A DNA stretch of 64,000 nucleotides from Prorocentrum cordatum (lineage: Eukaryota), in NCBI GenBank assembly GCA_963575745.1, contig CAUYUJ010000303.1, positions 62,001 to 126,000 of the forward strand. The letters are read 5' to 3'. The notes below the pieces were generated by a model. The model was not told the DNA's origin and ran no database searches. It was given only the letters and a program-made list of their open reading frames with translations. Numbering within the stretch: position 1 is the stretch's first letter; each line of letters opens with the position of its first letter. The position numbers were made by a program, and so were the translations under genes. Positions 56,394-64,000 of the stretch are shown here, piece by piece.

Positions 56394-59300
56394 ATGGTAT
56401 GGCGAGGAGGACGGAACGCATTTCGAGGTGGAGTGGCCCCTTACGACAGCGGCCGCGCACCGAGGAAAACGAGGTATGGCACCACTGGGCTCGCCAACAT
56501 ATTGAGCCGCAGTAGCGGCGATGCTTGCCCCAAGAAGATAAAGGTGCACGCATGTGCGGACTTTCTGTGTCTAGCGAAGTGGCCCGTGTCGCAGTACGGC
56601 TTTGCAGAGCCGCCTCGCTTTCGTTCGCGGCCGTCTGCTTGGCGACCGGGGGCGCCGCCACCACCCGCAGTTGCGGTTCCCGCGGCGCCAGCAGAAGCTC
56701 CAGGCGGCACCGCAGTTGCGGCCCCCTCGGCTCCTGCACACATACCAGCAGCAGCACCAGCAATTCCCGCAGCCCCTGCGCAAGAAGCACAGGCAGCTCC
56801 TGCACCAGGAGCACCCGCAGCACCAAAACCTCCAGCAGCCCCTGCGCCCGAAGCACCCGCAGCAGCAGTCCCTCCAGCTCCTCCAGCTCAAGTGCACGCA
56901 GCACCAGAACCGCCTGCTGCGCACGAGTCCGCAATTTGGGTTGAAGCTCCTGAGGGAGTGGAAGCGGACAAAGACACACCATTTCCAGCGCGCTTGCCAC
57001 CAGCGCGCCCGCTGCCAGAGAACTGGTCGAAGACGCAGGTCGCATTCTTCCCGCGCCCACTCCCAGAGGCAGCAGCACGAGTTGCGGCGCCTATTGGCGA
57101 CGCCTTGCGGCCACGAGTCGCGACGCCACCCCTGGCGCCAGAGAAAGGTGCACCTGTGGAAGACGCGCCAAAGATCCAGGCCGCAGTGGCGGCGACGGTG
57201 CCTGACCGCGCGATGGCTCTCCTGAGGCAGATTATGTCGGCGAGTTCCTACATTTGGCATTCAGCTTTCATGCTGTTTGCTTTGCGGTTCGGGCGTCGAC
57301 CTTACGCGTGGGAAGGCGAGAACCGCAAGGACCTCCTTGACTGCTACATGCCTTGGGCAAAGGAGAAGTGCACTGAGCCATGCGCCGTCGACGGCGTGGC
57401 GCGCGTAGTCGCCGCTGCTGAGGATCTGTTCGAGGAATGGACAACGGTGGAGCTCAGGCCCGTGACTCCCGAGAACCCTCTCCATGAGGTGCGCCACTGG
57501 GTGGCCGCAGTTGCGGTGGGTGGCGCGTGCTCTGAGGGGGCGGACGCGTTGAACAAGTTCTACGGTCCTCTGGGACAATGGATCCTAGGGACTGTTTGCG
57601 ATGGAAGTTGCGGCATTGACCTTGTGGCGATGATGTTGCAGAAGCCGCAAAATGCCGAGACGCGCAAATGGCTTCGGGAGGAACTGTACGATTTCGGGGT
57701 GCGCCGCTGGGACGAACCGTGGTTGCACGACGTGCTCGTTGTCACGCAGGAACTAACCTTGGAGGCGGCGCGGGCGCGCCGCAGTTGCGGGGCCAGCGGC
57801 CCTGCTGGATCCATCGTCCTGGACGACTTCCAGGGCGAGGGGGAACCAGCAGAGGCGCCCAGAGAGGCGAGCGCGCCACGCCCCGCTCTCATGGCGGCTT
57901 TAAAGTGGCAGACGGGCGTGGAGGACGACGGTATATTGCTGGCCATGGCTGAGGCTATGCCCGAGGCGTTGCAGGAGGAGCAGATCAGGGCGCGCGCACT
58001 GGCCAGCGCACGCCCAAAGCCCGCAGCTGCGGAAGAGAAGCGTCGCGTGTGCCCGCACATGCTCAGAGACCGCGAACTGGCTTGCAAAGACTTGGAGGCG
58101 CACGCACGCAGTTGTGGTTGGATGGGCGTGGGCGGTCTGCCACGAAATTCAATCGCGTCTTTTTGCGGGCGGTTCACGTGGCCGAAGGGCATGGGGCTCG
58201 CCCAGCAGAAGAGAACCGTCTCCAAGTGGTTTCAAAACTGGCGCAAACGGGGTGGACATGCCACGGCGAGCGCCCATGGACGACGCCGCGCGCCGGGCAC
58301 CCAAGGGCGCCCGAACAAGGCTCCATGGCTGGAAGCCGCTCTGTACGAGTTGTGGTCCCACATGAGGTACTCCGTGGACTGGAAGGCGGTGGCCAAGCGA
58401 ACCGCAGTTGCGGAGGAGAGGCCGAAGATGTTGGCCAGGTTCTCCCAATCCCTGCTGATTACGACGGCGAAGCAACTCGTCGCGGACTACTGCGTGGAGA
58501 CAATGAAGCGGGGAGGCGTACCGAAGGTGCCGCAGTTGCGGCCTCGGTGGTGGGTGAAGTGGCGGCGCTCCTACGGCCTCAGCATGAAGAAGCCGAACCG
58601 CAAGTACAGGGTGCCAAAATGGTTGCTCCAATCCCGTTTTGAGACTATGATCTTGAACGTGGCCAGGGTCCGCGCAGCTGCGGAGGAGCTTTTGGGGTAC
58701 GACCCGCACATCCTGAACTGGGACCAGTCGCCCTTTCACCACAACGAGTCTTCGTCGGCCTCCAAGCCAACATTGGCTGTGAAGGGTGGCATTGTCCCGC
58801 TTGTCGAGGCGCATGACAACAGCAGGGCTCGGTGGACAGCGAACCTGACGGTGTCGAGCGACGCGGAGGACATCCGCAGTTGCGGACCACCGCCAGCGGA
58901 GCTCATGTTCAAGGGGGGACCTGTCATCGCTGAGGTCTTGGCCGCACATGCCCGCAGTTGCGGCTATCCGTCCTGGGTGAGCACGGCGACGTCCGAGAAG
59001 GGGTCCTACCGCGCAGACGACGTTGTATCATTCTTGCAGCGGCACTTGCGGGCCTGGCCCGCCGACCCGCAGTTGCGGGGAAAGTGGCGCATCCTCATGG
59101 CCGACGACCATAGCCCGCGCAAAGCAGACGCTGTGCGGAGACTCGCCTGGCAGCGCGGCTACGTGCTGATCATTCACGGCGGGGGGGCGACCGCAGTTGC
59201 GCAGCCCGTGGACACGGACTTGAACCAGCACGTGAAGCGGCGGTACATTGCCCTCGAGACCAAATCGTTGGTGCAGCAAATGGCGTTGGGGAAGCACGTG

Positions 59301-60679
59301 CCGCAGTTGCGGCCTTCCGATTGCGCCGGCTTGATGGTGTCAGTGTTGGACAATGTGCAGTTGCACTTGGACGCCGCGAAAGGTTTCCTGAAAGTGGGAA
59401 TTCGAGCGCCCTTCGACAAGTCAGGAGATCTCGAGATTTGCCGAGAGGTGGCGGAACTCTGGGAAGCAGGGGGGCTGCGAGCAAAGTGGATGCCGCAGTC
59501 GCGGAGGTGAGGGGGGAATGCGGGCAGAAACGTTTGAAATGGTCCTACAATGACGTGCTGCGTCTCATACAGGAATACGAGAAACACGCCGCCACATATT
59601 CCGCGTTGAATAGGCTCGGCGATGAGGAGGGCGATGACGAGGGCGGGGAGGAGGAGGACGATGAGGTGCGCGAGGAGCACGAGGAGGACGAAGAGCAAGA
59701 GGATGCCTCGTGGGCCGAGGCTGTAGCGGAACAGTGCGATGCCGCAGTTGCGGCACCTGGGCCTCAAGGACCCTCGGTATCCATGGACTGCGTGGTCGAC
59801 GAAGAGGCGGCCGAGCAGGTGGCAGTGGCGACGTCCTTGGCAGAATCGCTCCGCGAGGCGGAAGATATGCTGCGCCAAGTGGGCATGGAGAAACTAGCGC
59901 AGGATTGCCAACAGCAACAACACAAACAAAAGAAGCGGTTGAGAGAGCTGGCGCGGGAGGACAACGAGATCCTACGAGCGTTGACTGCCCAGCGAGACCA
60001 CGAAGCCGCAGTGCTAGCGAAAAAGCGGCGCCTGGCGCTGGAAGCGAACGACAGGACGAAGGCGCTGCACGATCTCAAGAAACAGATTCGAGAGGCCGAA
60101 GCCGCCTTGAGGGCAAAGAAGGAGGCCGCAGTTGCGGTGGAAACGGATTTGGCTAACAAACACGCCCTGGCGCAGTGGAACCCCGAGGAGTTCAAAATCA
60201 AGAAAAACAGGATGGCAGCTCTGGACCGCCTGGCTCGCGGAAAGGGCGTCCTCTCAGACGAACAGAGGGGGGAGTGGGCATGGTTCAAGACGCATTGGGA
60301 CGAGGAGATGTGCAAGCAGCACAAGAAGCAATGGCCGTTGACGTTTGCTGGGTGGCTGCAAAAAGTCGCGAACGACGCGGCGTCTGGGAACCGTTCGGCG
60401 CTGTCGCAGTTCGTGCATTCGGAAACAGTGAGAACCCTGGGAGGGCAAATGGCGCTGGTAATCCCGGCCCTAGCGCGATGCAGGCCGCAGTTGCGGACCC
60501 ACAGGAAGTCCAGCGCGAAGCTGTTTTCCCGGGCGGCGCCCGCGCGGGCAGGAGATGAGGCAAAACCGCAGTTGCGGTCTTCCAGCTGCTGCGAAAATAA
60601 TCCTTTCTCAGTCCATTGCAATCCTCGCCCTCCTTCTGCTTCTCCGCCAGTCCCTTTGTTGTTCTTTCAGTTCCTTTGA
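56394..60679 (+). CDS. pogo-like DD35D transposase with an OTU-like region, CENP-B-type HTH and coiled-coil tail (frameshift near 59485)
   Basis: GRPNKAPWLEAALYELW and WWVKWRRSYGLS (HTH); ILNWDQSP (D at 58722), ILMADDH (D at 59103), QPVDTDLN (D at 59211); TVCDGSCG. Confidence 0.88.
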
Positions 60680-60715
60680 GTCCTCGCCCTCCTTCTGCCA
60701 CTCCTCAAACCCCCT

Positions 60716-62802
60716 TTGTCTCCTCCCTCCATCCGAGCCCATGCCCATTCACGATCCATTTCCGTAGCCACCGTGGCTCGAGGTGGCGCACGCGAAGACC
60801 CAGGCATGTGGCCGCCCGCGCGCCCGAGCGCATCCTCTGGGAGTACGGACCGTGGAATTCGATTCGCCAGAACGGTGTTCATCCACAGCGCTGAGAAGGA
60901 GAAGGGAGGCGAGGACGAGAAAGAGAAGGAGGAGGGAGGCGAGGACGAGAAAGCCGCAGTTGCGGATGATGACGACGACCAGCGGACGCAAGATGGCGAC
61001 AGCACCGTCGCGTCCTCGGCTGTCTCCGCTGACGAGGCTGAGCCGCGGGGAGGTGTGGGAGCCGCAGTTGCGGCAGCACAGGGCTCCTACATGCCGAGAG
61101 CGTTGTCGTCGCGGAGAACCTGGGTTCGGGTGCCCGTCATCCAGACAAGCAATCTGTCGGAAAACCAAAGAGCTCTTGTCGACGCATGGGAGGAGAGAAC
61201 GGGGTGCGAAGCGGGACGGGTCGGCTTCTACGTGGCCAACTTCGGAGGGACTGCAGCTAGACCCGTGCAACGCGCGGACGAGTGGGCGCAGCTCCGCGCG
61301 AACCCTGCTCAGATCATCGCCCTGTGTCAGTGCGACGACGAGACCTGCGCGGTACTCAGTGGGGAGCGCGACGCGAGGGACAGTGCAGCCGCAGTTGCGG
61401 ACGATACGTTTCGGAATCGGACTCACTACAACTACCTGTGCATTAAGGGCGGCGAGCCATCAGGGGCCCTCCTTGTTGGCATCAGGGGCCGCAGTGGCGG
61501 CCACATTGAACACGTCGGCTTTGCGAGGCTCTTCCACGAGCAGGAGAAGTCCAAAACGAAGAAGAAAAATAACAAGTCTGCAGTTGCGGATGTTCCTGCG
61601 CCAAAGTGGCACAACAAGTACTCCAGGGCGATGGTGGTGCGCGTCCACCTGGGCCAGGCCGTGCCCCATCTGGGTCCTTCAACGTCATGGCGGTGCACGT
61701 CCACCACAGCTTGGCCAACCAAGACTGGGGCGTCACGAAGCTCCATGAGTTCTACAACTGGTTCGTCGCCTACGTCAGGGATTGGAACGTGAAGGTCTGC
61801 ATGGGGGACTTCAACATGTGCATGTTCCAGCTTGCGCCCTGGTGCCGCAGTTGCGGCCTGACTGTGGACGTCGCCGCGTGGACCCCCTGGAAGACAACAG
61901 GCGGCCAGCCCAGGGCAGACAGCATGGCGATTATGTTCATAAGCTGTCCTGGGCAGTCCAAGCTTGACCATGGCCTGAGTGTTCTGCGCGACCGCGAGGG
62001 CGGGTTCTTGACGACCCAGCATGATCCGTCGTTCCGTGTCTTCGACTACACGAATGGCCTTGGGAAGATGCTTCAGACTTACGTTCCCAAGGCTGAGGCC
62101 GTAGAAGACAACATGCGCGCCTTCCTGACGCCACCTGGCGAATCCTTGGCCGCAGTTGCGGATTTCGAGGAAAGGATGGCGCGCAGGGCGCGCGAGGAGT
62201 TTGCGCCTCATCCCTTCAGGGTGAAGCAGGGCAAACTCGACGACAAGATATGGCATGGCGCCGTCGGCAGGGCGAGGCACGGAGCGCACTTCCCCCTGGT
62301 GGCTTTCACGCGCAATACGTGCCGCAGGTCACCTGAAAGACTCGCCGCGAGGATGGAAAGGCACGCACAGAAGAGGGGCAAGGGGGCCAAAGAAGACGGC
62401 AGGAAGGGCGGCAAGAAGGGCAGCTACGCACACACCGCAGTTGCGGGGAAGGGCGCCCGACCCCAGATGGAAACCGCAGTTGCGGGGAGAGACGCTGGGG
62501 CTGAGCGAGCAGAGAACACGGCACCGCCGCAAGCTGCCAACGGCGACGATGCGACCCCTTCTTATGCCGCAGTGGCGGCTGGGTCCTGGGGCGCGAGCGG
62601 CAGCGGCGCATGGGGGGCGCGCTGGTGGGACTGGCGCTCGAGCGGATGGGGTGCTGATGGCGCGCAGTGGTGGCCCTCTGATGTGGCCGCAGTTGCGGAC
62701 AATGCCCCTGAGGGCTCGCCTCCTCAGCATGAAGTCGAGTGGGGCTCGAGCGGGCGAGCGGCCGAGCGCCACCCGTGGACCTGGGAGGCGCAGCGTTGGT
62801 GA
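60716..62802 (+). CDS. Cargo gene F: endonuclease/exonuclease/phosphatase (EEP)-fold protein (frameshift near 61670; likely ATG at 60806)
   Basis: FYVANFGG, IIALCQ, VMAVHVHH, VCMGDFNM and GAHFPLVAF occur in EEP motif order. Confidence 0.7.
60761..60782 (+). other. Relic dinoflagellate spliced leader (DinoSL)
   Basis: TCCGTAGCCACCGTGGCTCGAG matches DCCGTAGCCATTTTGGCTCAAG at 18/22 positions, just upstream of the gene F ATG. Confidence 0.75.
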
Positions 62803-62912
62803 TGGCCGCAGTTGCGGGCAAGTGGAGCATGGTGTTGATAGCCGCAGTTGCGGACAGTGTACGCAGGACAAATCATCATCAACATCATCATATCATCAGC
62901 CTCTTGTGAAGA

Positions 62913-62979
62913 CGTTCAAAGCAGTGCCGGGGGACTGCTTTCGATCGCCCCCTCGAATCCTTTATAAAGGCTTTCGGAT
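62913..62979 (-). repeat. Right terminus: 29-bp subterminal inverted repeat, palindrome CCTTTATAAAGG and 9-bp TIR
   Basis: 62913-62941 is the reverse complement of 46759-46787 with one mismatch; ctttcggat at 62971-62979. Confidence 0.9.
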
Positions 62980-63983
62980 TAGGTCCATTGATTCCGTTCT
63001 CGCTCAGAAGTGCCCTTGTTCCGGTTCTGGATGGCCACGTGGAGCCACTCCCGGTATGGCATTCGAGGGCACTGCCATGGCAAGATCCGGCTGCGGGTGC
63101 CGTGGGTCGTGTGGCAGTACGGGCATGTACGAGGCGCCTTCAGTTCACTTGGCGCCGTCGGTGGGACAGTCTCGAGAAAGCTGCCGGCAGGAGGGCCCGC
63201 GGCGCCGGGGGCGGCGGTGGCGGTGGCCGCATGGCGAAGCTCCTTTCGAGAAACTCCGCGGCGCCGGCCTCCGCGGGCAGCACACTTCTCTTGATGCTTC
63301 GCCAAGTAACTCGGCGTGTATTTCTTCCCGCAGTGTTCGCACACGACCCGCTCAACATGCCGAGGCACGCTTGTGCAAGCTCGCATGTGCGTCTTCAGTC
63401 CGCGGAGCGGGTGCCAGGCGCGGCAGGTAGGGCAGAAACCTTCGCGGTCTTGGCCTGGATCTCCCCATGTCTCGGGCTCGGCCTCCAGAACATTGCGTCG
63501 TTGTTCCCAAGTGTCAGAGTTGGTCTGGCGGCGAACGTCGTCCACCACCTGGGCGCTGAGGTCTGCCCACCTGGCCCGGTCGTTGGCCAGAGGCAGCCAC
63601 CCTGTCGGGCGGTCCACTTCCGCCAAGCCAGCCTTGTCGCAAACAGCACAAATGCGAGACCACCACTGTGTAGCAATAGTCAGTTTGCGAGAGGCCCGCC
63701 CCGACTCAGGGAGAGCACTGCCCACAATACCCCGTTCGATGCGGAGTGGGTCCCGTCGTGCCCAGTGCCCAATGTAACTGAGTTGTTTTTTGACCACCAG
63801 CACTTCCACATCATCGAGGCCCAGCTTGAGACGCACATCCGTCATCGTCTCCTTGCCCTCCATGGCTCTCGTGCCTCCACGCCGAGGGGTCCACACCAGG
63901 CCCCGATAGACTCGATTCAGGAAAACCCGCATTTCCTTGAGAGAGGCGTAGGTGTGAGCACGTACCTCCGCGTTGTAGAGCAA
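62979..63983 (-). pseudogene. LINE D ORF2 C-terminal part (post-RT region plus C2HC fingers), truncated by the transposon
   Basis: The TAA stop is created by the TA plus TIR junction; fingers CPTC..HMRAC and CEHC..HQEKC. Confidence 0.8.
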
Positions 63984-64000
63984 AGAAGCAATGACTGTGG

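Larger units (their letters stand above)
47580..62853 (+). repeat. Dispersed, strand-polarised motif CCGCAGTTGCGG (~45 exact copies plus ~20 variants)
   Basis: Copies at e.g. 47580, 48188, 48732, 48971, 49811, 52731, 55971, 58402, 59301, 60126 and 62842; none seen outside the element. Confidence 0.95.
46723..62979 (+). mobile_element. 16,257-bp pogo/Tc1-mariner-superfamily DNA transposon carrying five cargo genes
   Basis: TA TSD (46721-22 and 62980-81); TIR ATCCGAAAG/CTTTCGGAT; 29-bp subterminal inverted repeat; DD35D transposase; excision restores the flanking ORF. Confidence 0.92.
45068..64000 (-). mobile_element. RTE-like non-LTR retrotransposon (LINE D), 5' part outside the window, split by the 16-kb DNA transposon
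   Basis: ORF 62979-63983 has LYNAE..., LSYIGHWAR and repeated CxxC..H..C fingers; the frame continues at 46720-46602 after removing the insertion; 3' boundary approximate. Confidence 0.7.

Noticed and set aside
47580..62853. CCGCAGTTGCGG copies as CRISPR repeats or a protein repeat
   Set aside because: Only 12 bp, irregularly spaced, inside ORFs in all three frames and also intergenic.

Overview
GC-rich, repeat-dense eukaryotic DNA, most likely a dinoflagellate nucleus (inferred from a relic DinoSL spliced leader, the coiled-coil host-gene family and the satellite types). The left ~27 kb holds a truncated PIF1/Helitron-like helicase and nested satellites and microsatellites. From ~19.7 to 45.1 kb a minus-strand coiled-coil gene is broken up by three co-oriented non-LTR retrotransposon insertions with 13-17 bp target-site duplications; a fourth LINE abuts its 5' side. 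The main discovery is a 16,257-bp DNA transposon (46723-62979) inserted into a TA within that fourth LINE. It has 9-bp TIRs and 29-bp subterminal inverted repeats, and removing it restores a zinc-finger ORF exactly. It encodes a very large pogo-like DD35D transposase with an OTU-like N-terminal region plus five co-oriented, apparently intronless cargo genes (ParB-like, two EEP-nuclease-like, two orphans). The element is saturated with ~45 exact copies (manual count) of the quasi-palindrome CCGCAGTTGCGG, all in one orientation, in all three reading frames, with compensatory stem variants; I saw none outside it. All calls come from reading motifs by eye; no database searches were run.
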